A DNA stretch of 64,000 bases from an uncultured Candidatus Rokubacteria bacterium (GCA_963754315.1 CAVWFS010000018.1:768001-832000), one strand, 5' to 3'. Shown: positions 28,814 through 38,614, counted from the first letter of the stretch. Numbers and translations: made by a program. The notes: generated from the letters alone by a model not told the origin.

Positions 28814-29671
28814 ATGCGATGTCGAGCGTGGCTGGCGATCGGGATCACGGTGCTGGCGTTGGGATGCGCGACCACGCGCACTGGCACCGAATCTCTCCAG
28901 TTCGCGAACGCTACACCGGGGGCTCCTCGTCAGATTCCAGCTACGATCTACAGGCCGACGGGCAGCGTGCCGGCTCCCGCCGTCGTCCTCTTTCACGGAT
29001 GTCACGGCGTCTCCGCATCTAATCACGCCTGGGCCCGCTGGCTCCAGGAGCGTGGTTACGTAGCCCTCGTGGTGGACAGCTGGGCGGCGAGGGGCATCAC
29101 CGACGGATGCGCCGCCGATAAGCCAGACGTGCCGAACACCGAGCGGTTGGACGACGCCATGGGCGCCCTCAGCCTCTTGCAGGGCCAGGCGGGGGTCGAT
29201 CCCGGACGAATCGGCGTCATGGGCTGGTCCAATGGCGGGGTGTTCGCCATGGCCGTGGTGAATGGACCGAGTCTGGAGCGGGCGCGCGCGCGAGGAGTGA
29301 GAGTGCCGGAGCCTGGTTACCAGGCGTCGGTCGCGATGTATCCGGGCGGGTGCGCCTCGCTGACCCGCGAGCAGGTCGTCAGGCCGCTTCTTTTACTCAT
29401 CGGTGATGCCGACGACTGGACATTGCCCGGACCGTGCCGTGCGATGGTGGAGGCCATGCGGTCACGCGGGGCGCCAGCTGAGATCGTGCTCTACCCGGGG
29501 ATCTACCACTACTTCGACGTCGAGGGGCAGGCCAGGGCGTTTCTTCCTGATGTCGGCAACGACAATCGCCCAGGCGGCGCGGGCGCGACGGTGGCTTTCG
29601 ATGCGGCCGCCCACGCCGACGCCCAGCGGCGGGTCGAGGTGTTCCTGGCCCGCACGTTGCGGGGGCGCTGA
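28814..29671 (+). CDS. Dienelactone hydrolase-family lipoprotein
   Basis: Lipobox LALGC, HGCHG, GWSNGG nucleophile elbow, DDWT, HYFD. Confidence 0.85.
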   Translation: MRCRAWLAIGITVLALGCATTRTGTESLQFANATPGAPRQIPATIYRPTGSVPAPAVVLFHGCHGVSASNHAWARWLQERGYVALVVDSWAARGITDGCAADKPDVPNTERLDDAMGALSLLQGQAGVDPGRIGVMGWSNGGVFAMAVVNGPSLERARARGVRVPEPGYQASVAMYPGGCASLTREQVVRPLLLLIGDADDWTLPGPCRAMVEAMRSRGAPAEIVLYPGIYHYFDVEGQARAFLPDVGNDNRPGGAGATVAFDAAAHADAQRRVEVFLARTLRGR

Positions 29672-29673
29672 CC

Positions 29674-30579
29674 GTGGACGCCTCGGTGGAACTCGTTCGC
29701 CATCTCACGGAAAGTGTGGTCAACATTCATGTGACGGTGGCGCGTGATCATCGATCGGTGCCGATCCTGGGGAGTGAACGCATGGGGAGCGGGGTGGTGA
29801 TCGATCCCGCGGGGCTCATTCTCACCGTCAACTATGTCGTCATGGGAGGCCAGAACCTTCAGGTTTCCTTCATGAAGGGCCGGCGGGTACGGGCCGAGAT
29901 CGTCGCCCAGGACTTTGACGTCGGCTTGGCGCTCGTCCGCATCAAGCGGCAGGGACTGACAGCGGCCATCCTTCGAGCCGAGCGCGAAATGGAGCGGGGC
30001 GATCCGGTAATCTCCATCGCCACCACGGGTGCTCAGGAACGGCGGGTGGCGGGCGGCTTGGTGACGTATCTCGGGGAGTTCGAGGCGCACTGGGAGTATC
30101 TTCTCGAGAACGGTATCATCTCGAACACGTCCAACCCCGGTTTTGGGGGTGGGGGCCTGTTCACCATGGGCGGGCACCTGGCCGGGATAGTCTCGCTCAA
30201 TCTCAACGAGCTGATTCGCAACTCGCTGGCCATCCCCGTGGACTGCTATCGCGAGCATGAGCGGGAGTTGCTGCAATTCGGGCGCGTGATGAGTCGCCCC
30301 CGCCGTGCCTGGCTCGGCATCTTCGTCCAGACGATCGAAGAAGGCATCGTGGTGGCGGCGCTCGTCCCGGATGGTCCGGGTGATCGAGGCGGGCTCCGCG
30401 AGGGGGATTTCTTGGTTTCCCTGAATGCCGAGAAGCTGGAGAGCCGTCGCGACTTGTACCTGTCTCTCTGGCGGCACGAGCCCGGGGAGGCCATGACGTT
30501 CGAGGTGAAGCGCGAGAACACCCTGCGTCGGGTCAGCGTGGCCGGGGGGGATCGCGCCGAGTTCTTCCGTCAACCGTGA
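29674..30579 (+). CDS. S1C/HtrA-like trypsin-fold + PDZ protein with degenerate catalytic residues
   Basis: GSGVVID..GLILTVNYVV, NPGFGGGGL, WLGI, C-terminal PDZ. Confidence 0.8.
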   Translation: MDASVELVRHLTESVVNIHVTVARDHRSVPILGSERMGSGVVIDPAGLILTVNYVVMGGQNLQVSFMKGRRVRAEIVAQDFDVGLALVRIKRQGLTAAILRAEREMERGDPVISIATTGAQERRVAGGLVTYLGEFEAHWEYLLENGIISNTSNPGFGGGGLFTMGGHLAGIVSLNLNELIRNSLAIPVDCYREHERELLQFGRVMSRPRRAWLGIFVQTIEEGIVVAALVPDGPGDRGGLREGDFLVSLNAEKLESRRDLYLSLWRHEPGEAMTFEVKRENTLRRVSVAGGDRAEFFRQP

Positions 30580-30604
30580 GTGTATCGTAGGAGAAGAGCG
30601 GGCC

Positions 30605-31384
30605 ATGGATCTCGGACTGAAGGGCAAGGCGGCCCTGGTGACTGCTGCCAGCAAAGGTATGGGCAAGGCTTGCGCGCTCGGGCTGGCCAGCGAGGGGGCG
30701 CGAATCCTCATGTGCGCACGCACGGAAAGTGACGTGATGGCTGCGGCCGACGAGGTGCGCGGCAAGACGGGGGTCGAGGTCGTAGCCATGGCTGCCGACG
30801 TGACCCGCGTTGCCGACGTGCATGCGCTCGGCCAACGCGCCCGCGACGTGTTCGGCGGGGTGGATATTCTGATCGCCAACGCCGGGGGCCCGCCGCGGGT
30901 GGACTTCGACCAGACAACTGACGAGCAGTGGTACGGTGCCTTCGACGTGTCCGTGCTGTCCGTCGTCCGGTTGATTCGTGAGGTGCTTCCCTCCATGCGC
31001 GCCCGTCGCTGGGGGCGCATCTTGACCATCCAGTCCGTCTCGGTCAAGCAGCCGGTCGACGGACTGGTGCTGTCGAACGCCGTCCGCCCGGGGGTGGCTG
31101 GCCTCATGAAGACCCTGTCGGAGGATCTGGGTCAGGACAACATCACGATCAACGTCCTTTGTCCGGGTAAGATCCTCACCGATCGGTTCTTGAGCGGCGC
31201 TCGACGCGCAGGGCTTCCTGCGGACGAGTATGCCCGGCAAGCTACGTCCGATGTTCCACTGCGCCGCATCGGGACACCAGAGGAGTTCGCCAACGTGGCC
31301 GTCTTCCTCGCCTCGGAACGTGCATCGTATGTGACGGGGGTGGCCTTGCAGATCGATGGCGGGGTAGTGCGCGCTAACGTATAG
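30605..31384 (+). CDS. SDR-family oxidoreductase
   Basis: TAASKGMG, NAGGPP, SNAVRPG, TGVALQIDGG. Confidence 0.9.
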   Translation: MDLGLKGKAALVTAASKGMGKACALGLASEGARILMCARTESDVMAAADEVRGKTGVEVVAMAADVTRVADVHALGQRARDVFGGVDILIANAGGPPRVDFDQTTDEQWYGAFDVSVLSVVRLIREVLPSMRARRWGRILTIQSVSVKQPVDGLVLSNAVRPGVAGLMKTLSEDLGQDNITINVLCPGKILTDRFLSGARRAGLPADEYARQATSDVPLRRIGTPEEFANVAVFLASERASYVTGVALQIDGGVVRANV

Positions 31385-31392
31385 CGCTCTCG

Positions 31393-32196
31393 GTGTTCAC
31401 GGGGATTCGTGGCGCCCTTTCCCGGTTCTCCGAGGCCGACGGCTTCTTTCTGAGCGCGGGTCTCGCCTTCTTCTTCCTGGTCACCTTGATTCCCATCATT
31501 TTGCTCGCCGTCTCTACGGTGGGCTTCGTCCTCTCGACCAGCCGGGCGGAGGATGTGATCATCGGCCAGCTGGCCGCCAACTTTCCCGTGTACAGACGTG
31601 AGATCATGAGCGTGCTTCGCCGCATCGCGGAGACCCGGGGGCTCTCGGGGCTGCTAGGCACGGTGACCTTGCTCTTTTTCGCCACCCCCCTCTTCTCGGC
31701 GGCCCGCCACGTTCTCGACATGGTGACCGGCGTGAGGGCTGACGTCCACTTCATCCGGCGAGTCTTCGCCGACATGGCACTGGTCGTGCTGTTGTGCGTG
31801 TTGCTATTCCTGGCTACCGTGGTTGCCTGGTTCTATCATTGGTTCTTGGTCGTTGTCCTCCAGCCGGCGGGTATGCCCGGCGAATGGATGGGCACGGCCG
31901 GAACCCTGCTGAGCCTCGCGCTGTCCGCCTCCCTTTTCTATCTTGCCTACCGCTATGTGCCCCACCGTCCGCTCAGCCCCAGTGCTGCCGTCGCGGGGGC
32001 CGCGATGGCCACCGTTCTGTGGGAGATCGCGAAGCAACTCTTCCGCCTCTACATCCGGCGGATCGGCCTCTACGACCAGATCTATGGAACGTTGGGCGTA
32101 TTGGTGGCCGTCGTCATGTTTACCTACTATTCGGCGATAGTTTTCGTGTTCGCGGGCGCTTATGCTGCCGCCCTCGACGCACGACGCCCCCGCTAA
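31393..32196 (+). CDS. YihY/BrkB-family membrane protein
   Basis: SAGLAFF, YRYVP, WEIAKQLF..Y, YGTLG. Confidence 0.88.
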   Translation: MFTGIRGALSRFSEADGFFLSAGLAFFFLVTLIPIILLAVSTVGFVLSTSRAEDVIIGQLAANFPVYRREIMSVLRRIAETRGLSGLLGTVTLLFFATPLFSAARHVLDMVTGVRADVHFIRRVFADMALVVLLCVLLFLATVVAWFYHWFLVVVLQPAGMPGEWMGTAGTLLSLALSASLFYLAYRYVPHRPLSPSAAVAGAAMATVLWEIAKQLFRLYIRRIGLYDQIYGTLGVLVAVVMFTYYSAIVFVFAGAYAAALDARRPR

Positions 32197-32256
32197 CCTA
32201 GCCGTGCGCGCACTCGGCCGCGGGTTTGGGCCCCTAGCAAATCTGACGTAGTATCC

Positions 32257-32714
32257 CGGGGCGGGCGTCCCCGAGCAGTGGGGGGCCTGAGGCCCTGAAG
32301 CCCGTAACCGAGGGGCCACGGCTTGCCGGGGGTAATGGGGGGCCCTTTCGAGGCCCCTGAATGCCAGCGTAGGACCGAGGGGCGCCACGGCTTTGCCGGG
32401 GTGTCCCCGAGCAGTGGGGGGAATGGGGGGCCCTTTCGAGGCCCCTGAATGCCAGCGTAGGACCGAGGGGCGCCACGGCTTTGCCGGGGTGTCCCCGAGC
32501 AGTGGGGGGAATGGGGGGCCCTTTCGAGGCCCCTGAATGCCAGCGTAGGACCGAGGGGCGCCACGGCTTTGCCGGGGTGTCCCCGAGCAGTGGGGGGTAA
32601 TGGGGGGCCCTTTCGAGGCCCCGGAATGCCAGCGTAGGACCGAGGGGCGCCACGGCTTTGCCGGGGTGTCCCCGAGCAGTGGGGGGTATGGGGGGCCCTT
32701 TCGAGGCCCCCCAT
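32257..32714 (+). repeat. Tandem array of an 88-89 bp REP-like unit (4 full units, a terminal hairpin and degenerate 5' remnants)
   Basis: Unit starts at 32335, 32423, 32511, 32600 and 32688. Each has GGGGGGCCCTTTCGAGGCCCC; full units continue with GTAG and GGGGCGCCACGGCTTTGCCGGGGTGTCCCC. Confidence 0.95.
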
Positions 32715-32727
32715 TTGGAAGGATTGC

Positions 32728-33639
32728 ATGATGCTGAAAGACAAGGTGGTGGCGGTAACGGGAGCGGGGCGAGGGATCGGGCGGGAAATCGCCTTGCTCA
32801 TGGCCCGACACGGAGCGCGGGTCGTGGTCAACGACTACGGGGGTAACGCCGCCGGTGCGGATAGCTCTCCAAAGCCGGCCGACGAGGTCGCGGGGGAGAT
32901 CAAGACGGCGGGTGGTCAGGCGGTCGCAGTCTACGATTCGGTGGCAACGATGGTTGGTGGGCAGCGCATCGTCCAAGCCGCCCTCGACACCTTTGGTCGG
33001 ATCGATGTGGTGGTGAACAATGCTGGAATTCTGCGTGACCGCATGATCTTCAACATGACCGAAGAAGAATGGGACGCCGTGATCAACACCCACCTCAAAG
33101 GCACCTTCGCGGTGACGCGAGCCGCCGCGCCGCACCTTCGAGAGCAGAAGTCCGGGCGGATCATCAACATGACGTCCACCTCGGGGCTGGTGGGCAACGT
33201 GGGACAGGCAAACTACGCGGCGGCCAAGCTCGGCATCGTGGGGCTGACGCGGGTCACCGCGCTGGACATGGTCCGCTACAATGTGACGGCCAACTGCATT
33301 TCCCCCTTCGCGTGGACGCGAATGATCGGCACCATCCCCACCGAGACTGACGTGCAGCGGACCCGGGTCGAGAAGATCAAGAAGATGTCGCCCGCGCACA
33401 TCGCCCCGGTCGCCGCCTGGCTGGCCAGCGACGCGGCGAAGGACGTGACGGGGCAGATCTTTGGGGTCCGAGGTAAAGAGCTGATGCTCTTTGGTCACAC
33501 GCGGCCCATCATGCGGATTCATCACGCGGAAGGCTGGACGGTGGAGCGGTTGGCGGAGATGGTTCCCGGAAGCCTTCAGCACCACTTCGTACCATTGGAG
33601 ACGTCCGGCCAGTACTTCAACTACGATCCACTCGTCTAG
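32728..33639 (+). CDS. SDR-family oxidoreductase (3-hydroxyacyl-CoA dehydrogenase-like)
   Basis: TGAGRGIG, VVVND, NNAGILRD, GQANYAAAK. Confidence 0.92.
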   Translation: MMLKDKVVAVTGAGRGIGREIALLMARHGARVVVNDYGGNAAGADSSPKPADEVAGEIKTAGGQAVAVYDSVATMVGGQRIVQAALDTFGRIDVVVNNAGILRDRMIFNMTEEEWDAVINTHLKGTFAVTRAAAPHLREQKSGRIINMTSTSGLVGNVGQANYAAAKLGIVGLTRVTALDMVRYNVTANCISPFAWTRMIGTIPTETDVQRTRVEKIKKMSPAHIAPVAAWLASDAAKDVTGQIFGVRGKELMLFGHTRPIMRIHHAEGWTVERLAEMVPGSLQHHFVPLETSGQYFNYDPLV

Positions 33640-35548
33640 ATGAGGCACGGCCCACGAGCAACGCCAGCCCGACCAGGGCCGCGGTACCGCTGACGGCGAC
33701 GCCGGTCCACTCGATGGCGCAAGGGCGGTAGGTCAGGTCGACCGGCGAACTGGACGCGGCTAACCTGACCTCGAGCTCGCCGAGTGAGCCCCGGCGGACG
33801 GGAAGGGGCCTGCCTTCCTGTGTCGCCCTCCAGAGTGGGTAGTACGCACTGCGGGTGGAAACCCAGGTACCAGGCGTGCCGTCGAGGGTGACGCGCCAGT
33901 GGCCGGGTTCCACCTCGGTTGGCAGTGGGCACGGCTGCCGCCGCGTGTATAGAAGGAAGGGTGGGGTTGACCGCCACTGTCGGAACTCCGGATTCTCCTC
34001 CATGGCGTGCCGCACGAGTACGTCCGCGTCGAAGACGACCACGGTGCAGATGCCGAACCGATCTGCAATTCCGTTCAACGTTTCGGGATCCAGATCGGCC
34101 AGCGGGCGCCCAAACAATCGATTGCCGTCCAGACGCTCGGCGAGCTCGTTGATCGCCCCTCGACCAGCATCGCCGCGGTAGACCAGAGCGGCGACGGGCG
34201 AGGGGTGGGTGAATGTCCCGTGGATGACTCGCCGGCCGGCCCCGAGTGGGGCCAGGGCAGTCGCGTGAGTGTGCGGTCGGTACCACTCCGGGCCATGAGC
34301 GAGCGGAAGGCCTGAGCGCGTGAACAGCACGTGCCCCTCGGGCGCCGCCTGCAGGGCCGTCCAAAGGGCGGGTAGGCGGAATCCCCGCTCGACGTTCTCG
34401 AGGGTGGGCCACGCGGTCGAGTGAGGCCACACGGTGAGGACCTGGCCAGGCAGTGACAGGATAACGACGACGAGGATCGCGCCGAGCGACCACAGCGGAC
34501 GTGTGAGGGGCCCAAACCTCGCCAGAAAACGCCCTGCGCTGTACCCCGCAGCCAGCACGAGCGCCATCCAGCCGCCGTCGGCAACCCGATCGGATGGCAG
34601 CCAGCGGATCCCAAGCGGCTCGACCAGATAGGCGTCGACCGCGACGACGAGGATCATGATCCACGGAAGCCGCGCGAGTAGGGTGACGGTACGGGAATGA
34701 GACCCAGCTGGATGCGCGAGAGCGACGACGGCAAGGCCCAGAAGTACGAGCGGCAAGGGCCGGCCGAGGGTCATGGCGGGGCCGGTTTCAAGGGTGCCCC
34801 ACGCCAGGGCACGAGTGTGCCCGAGCCGGGCGAGCAGGGGAAGCGTCCAGAACGCCGTGAGCCCGGCGGCCAGTCCAAGGGCCAGCAGGCTGGCCCTCAG
34901 TCGGTGCCGCCACTCGCGTGGCCGCGCGGCAGCCGCCAGCAAGAGGATCACGACAGCCGTGGGTAGATGGGCGGGATGGGTGATCACGACGGCCGAGACA
35001 ATCGCCGGCGCGAGCAAGGGGAGGGGACGGTTCGCGTCGATCCACGGCGAGAGAACGAGGATCAGAAGGGGGAGCAACGCCCACGCCAGCCTGGCAGCGA
35101 CCATCCCCCAGTGGACGCCCCCTTCGACACCGCTCGCCGTGCCGGCCGAGAGGGTAAGGGCCAGGAACGCGCCGACCAGGGCGCTCCAGCCTTGACCGAG
35201 CAGACGCGTGAGCAAGGCGAACGTCGTCAGGGCGGGGGCGACGTACGCGATCCAGGTCAGCGTGTGGTAGGCGGCCGGCACGGCGAGCGCGCCGAACGAT
35301 CCAAAGTGGAGCAGAGCCCCGAGATATGCGAAGCCGGGAGGGTAGAACTGTAGCTCAGGGTAGCCAGCCCACCAGCCGGGATTCCAGGCCCAGGGTGCGA
35401 AGCCATGCTGCAGGACATGCCACAGTCGGTAGAGCTGGCCCGGATGGTCATCGAACGCGATGACCGGCGAAAGCCCGAGGGACGTCGCCCCGAAGGCAGA
35501 GGCATAGGCGAGCAGCAGAAGGAGGGGAAGGACAACGTCGCGATACAC
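33617..35548 (-). CDS. Multi-TM membrane protein, GT-C glycosyltransferase/YfhO-like
   Basis: DDHPGQ, WNPGWWAGYPELQFYPP loop after TM1, many TM helices, C-terminal YYPLWRA motif. Confidence 0.6.
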   Translation of the reverse strand: MYRDVVLPLLLLLAYASAFGATSLGLSPVIAFDDHPGQLYRLWHVLQHGFAPWAWNPGWWAGYPELQFYPPGFAYLGALLHFGSFGALAVPAAYHTLTWIAYVAPALTTFALLTRLLGQGWSALVGAFLALTLSAGTASGVEGGVHWGMVAARLAWALLPLLILVLSPWIDANRPLPLLAPAIVSAVVITHPAHLPTAVVILLLAAAARPREWRHRLRASLLALGLAAGLTAFWTLPLLARLGHTRALAWGTLETGPAMTLGRPLPLVLLGLAVVALAHPAGSHSRTVTLLARLPWIMILVVAVDAYLVEPLGIRWLPSDRVADGGWMALVLAAGYSAGRFLARFGPLTRPLWSLGAILVVVILSLPGQVLTVWPHSTAWPTLENVERGFRLPALWTALQAAPEGHVLFTRSGLPLAHGPEWYRPHTHATALAPLGAGRRVIHGTFTHPSPVAALVYRGDAGRGAINELAERLDGNRLFGRPLADLDPETLNGIADRFGICTVVVFDADVLVRHAMEENPEFRQWRSTPPFLLYTRRQPCPLPTEVEPGHWRVTLDGTPGTWVSTRSAYYPLWRATQEGRPLPVRRGSLGELEVRLAASSSPVDLTYRPCAIEWTGVAVSGTAALVGLALLVGRASSRRVDRS

Positions 35549-35594
35549 GACGCTGGATCATACCGTAGTGACGGGGAGACGGCCCTCGTTTGAC

Positions 35595-35684
35595 TTGGCA
35601 CGTGATTTGTTGATAAGTAGGTTCGCTATCGTGCTGTCGGTGTTGTACACACTCGGGGCTCAAATCCCCTACCGATGGAGACGA
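35595..35684 (+). promoter_or_regulatory. Near-consensus sigma-54 site plus structured 5' leader of the thrC-like gene
   Basis: TTGGCAC-N5-TTGT at 35595-35610. A long stem 35629-35684 encloses two small hairpins and pairs with part of the GGAG SD. Confidence 0.45.
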
Positions 35685-35688
35685 GTCG

Positions 35689-36949
35689 ATGGACAAGCTG
35701 AAGGGGTTGAAGTGCCGCGAGTGCGGCCGCGGCTATCCTGCATCGCCCGTTCATGTCTGTGAATTCTGCTTCGGCCCTCTCGAGGTCGACTATCGGTACG
35801 AGGCGCTCAAGGGGCTTCGTGACGCGTGAGTCGATCGCCGCTGGTCCGCCGAGCATGTGGCGGTACAAGGACTTGCTGCCGGTGGAGGGCGAGGTGGCCG
35901 TGGGTCATGCCGTCGGCTTCACCCCGCTGATCCGCGCCAGGAATCTGGCCAGGGCCTTGGGCGTGGCCGAGGTCTACGTCAAGAACGACTCGGTGTGCCA
36001 TCCCACCTGGTCGTTCAAGGATCGAGTCGTGTCCGTGGCCATCACGAAGGCCCGGGAGTTCGGCTTCGAAACGGTCGCCTGTGCGTCCACCGGCAACCTC
36101 GCCAACTCGGTGGCGGCCCACGCTGCCGAGGCTGGCTTGGCATCCTTCATCTTCGTCCCCGCCGATCTCGAAGCCGGTAAGATTCTGGGCACGCTCGTCT
36201 ACAACCCCACCCTCGTGGCCGTACAGGGTACGTACGACGAGGTCAACCGGCTCTGCTCCGAGATCGCCGACAAGTATCGATGGGCCTTTGTGAACGTAAA
36301 CTTCCGCCCCTACTATGCTGAGGGGTCGAAGAGCTATGGCTTCGAGATCGTTGAACAGCTTGGCTGGCGGACGCCTGCTCACATCGTGGTTCCTTGTGCC
36401 GGTGGCTCACTGATCACGAAGATCTGGAAGGCCATGACAGAAATGGCTGCCCTCGGACTCATCGAGGGCCCCATCCGAACCAAGATGCACGCGGCCCAGG
36501 CTGAAGGATGCGGACCGATCGTCACCATGATCAAGGACGATACGGACGTGTTGAAACCGGTACGTCCGCGCACCATCGCGAAATCATTGGCTATCGGCAA
36601 CCCGGCCGACGGGTATTACGCGTACCGAGTCGCGAAGGACAGCGGCGGCTTCGGAGCGCACGCCACCGACGAGGAGATCATCGACGGCATGCTCCTGCTG
36701 GCCCGGACGGAGGGGATCTTCGCAGAAACGGCAGGGGGCGTCACCGTGGCCGCCACCCAAAAGCTTGTCGAGGCCGGGATCATCCCGCGAGACGAGTCGG
36801 TGGTGATCTGCATCACGGGCAGCGGCCTCAAGACACCCGATCCCTTGGCCGACCGTCTCGCTCCCCAGGTGACCATTCGCCCTTCACTGTCCAACTTCGA
36901 CCGGGAGCTGGCCCGTCTTACATCTCACGCTACCCAGGAGGAACGCTGA
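35689..36949 (+). CDS. thrC: Threonine synthase-like PLP enzyme (+1 frameshift at the G-run 35811-35814, probably a sequence error)
   Basis: N-terminal Zn ribbon CRECG..CEFCFGPL in one frame joins PTWSFKDR, ASTGNLA, EGSKS, ITGSGLK in the next. Confidence 0.85.
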
Positions 36950-37227
36950 TGCCCGTACTCGTGCGAATTCCCACCCCGCTCCGCTCCCTCACGGCCGGTA
37001 ACGCGGAGATCCACGCCAAAGGGGAGACAGTGGGCGATCTCGTCGAGGATCTCGAGCGTCAGTTCCCTGGTCTTCGGGAGCGGTTGCTCGACGACCAGGG
37101 GGCGATCCGACGCTTCATCAACTTTTACATCAATGAAGAGGACATCCGGTTCCTCCAGGGCGCGCAGACAGCCCTCAAGGATGGCGACCAGGTGTCGATT
37201 GTGCCTGCCATCGCCGGAGGATCTTGA
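36949..37227 (+). CDS. MoaD/ThiS/CysO-family sulfur carrier
   Basis: VRIPTPLRSLT...RRFINFYINEEDIRFLQG...SIVPAIAGGS. TGATG-coupled to thrC. Confidence 0.92.
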   Translation: MPVLVRIPTPLRSLTAGNAEIHAKGETVGDLVEDLERQFPGLRERLLDDQGAIRRFINFYINEEDIRFLQGAQTALKDGDQVSIVPAIAGGS

Positions 37228-37259
37228 TCGTTCAACCCTGAGGCTCTGGTCACCGATCG

Positions 37260-38567
37260 GTGGACCTCCGTGTCGCTGCCGAGGCCATCTGGCAGGCCGC
37301 GCTCGCCGCCGGTGAGGTAGGCCCCCTCCTTCGCAGGAGCTTCCATCGGCGCGGTGACATCGTACAGGTTGGCGACCGGGCCGTCGACCTCTCTCGTATC
37401 GATCGGGTGTTCGTCTTGGGATGCGGCAAGGCCGGTGCCGCCATGGCCCTCGCCGTGGAAGACATCCTGGGTGACAGGGTCAGCGCCGGGTTTGTTGTCG
37501 TGAAGGATGGTCACCTGGCCGCCACCCGTACCGTCGTCCTTGCGGAAGCCGGCCATCCGGTGCCTGATGCGCGCGGCGTGCAGGCCGCCAGCCGTCTCCT
37601 GGAGCTGGCCTCTGGTGCTGCTGTGAATGACCTGGTCATTTTCCTTGTGTCGGGCGGCGGGTCAGCCCTGACGCCGGCGCCCTCGGCGTACGTCACCTTG
37701 GCCGAGAAGCAGACCCTGACCCGCTCTCTGCTCGCGGCGGGCGCCGCCATCGGCGAGCTCAACACCGTGCGCAAGCATCTCTCCCGCTTCAAGGGCGGCC
37801 AGCTGGCGAGAGCAGCCGCACCGGCCCTCGTGGTGACCCTCGTGCTGTCCGACGTCATCGGAGACCCGCTTGATGTGATCGCTTCAGGCCCCACGGCGCC
37901 CGATCCATCGACCTTCGCGGAAGCCCTCAGCATCCTGAGGATGCGAGGCCTCCTGGCAGACGCACCGTTCTCCGTGCGCGAGAGGCTCCACGCCGGGGCC
38001 CGGGGTGAAGTCCTCGAGACTCCTAAGCCTCGAGATCCGATCTTCGGTCGCGTGGGTCATGTGATCATCGGCAATAACCAGCTCGTCGTCGACGCGGCGG
38101 TGGAGCGTGCGCGTTCGCTTGGTTACCATTCGGAAGTGTTGACACGTGAATTGCAAGGGGAAGCGCGACACACGGCCCAGGTGCTCGTCGAACGCGCGCG
38201 CGCCCTGGAACCGCCGGCGTGCTTGATCGCGGCTGGCGAGACAACGGTGACTGTGCGAGGTCGGGGACGGGGAGGTCGCTGTCAGGAGTTCGCTCTGGCG
38301 GCAGCGCTGAGCATCGAGGGCGACGACAGCCTCACCGTCCTGGCCGCTGGCACCGACGGTACCGATGGACCCACCGACGCGGCTGGCGCTGTCGTCGACG
38401 GGTCGACGATCACAAGAGGTCGCCAGGCTGGTCTCGACATGCAGGCTGCTCTCGACGACAACGACGCGTACCGCGTGCTGCGGGCGACGGGAGACTTGAT
38501 CGTCACCGGCCCCACGAACACCAACCTCCTTGACCTCTACCTCGTCGTGCGTGGGTCTGCTCGCTGA
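37260..38567 (+). CDS. Glycerate kinase type 2 (MOFRL family)
   Basis: GCGKAG, AGHPVPD, SGGGSAL, SDVIGD, GETTV, GTDGTDG, TGPTNTN. Confidence 0.92.
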   Translation: MDLRVAAEAIWQAALAAGEVGPLLRRSFHRRGDIVQVGDRAVDLSRIDRVFVLGCGKAGAAMALAVEDILGDRVSAGFVVVKDGHLAATRTVVLAEAGHPVPDARGVQAASRLLELASGAAVNDLVIFLVSGGGSALTPAPSAYVTLAEKQTLTRSLLAAGAAIGELNTVRKHLSRFKGGQLARAAAPALVVTLVLSDVIGDPLDVIASGPTAPDPSTFAEALSILRMRGLLADAPFSVRERLHAGARGEVLETPKPRDPIFGRVGHVIIGNNQLVVDAAVERARSLGYHSEVLTRELQGEARHTAQVLVERARALEPPACLIAAGETTVTVRGRGRGGRCQEFALAAALSIEGDDSLTVLAAGTDGTDGPTDAAGAVVDGSTITRGRQAGLDMQAALDDNDAYRVLRATGDLIVTGPTNTNLLDLYLVVRGSAR

Positions 38568-38614
38568 ATGGGCGAACCGCACTAAGTCCTAGAAAAATCG
38601 GGAACAGGGGCGAC

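Noticed and set aside
32257..32714. CRISPR array
   Set aside because: Whole 88-bp units are near-identical with no unique spacers, and there are no cas genes in the window.
31804..33648. 614-aa minus-strand ORF and shorter ORFs crossing the repeat array
   Set aside because: These are antisense shadows of the SDR and YihY genes running through a stop-poor GC-rich repeat.
35643..35669. rRNA or tRNA fragment (TTGTACACAC; GGGGCTCAAATCCCC)
   Set aside because: The matches are only 10-15 nt with no cloverleaf or flanking rRNA similarity; treated as part of the leader structure instead.
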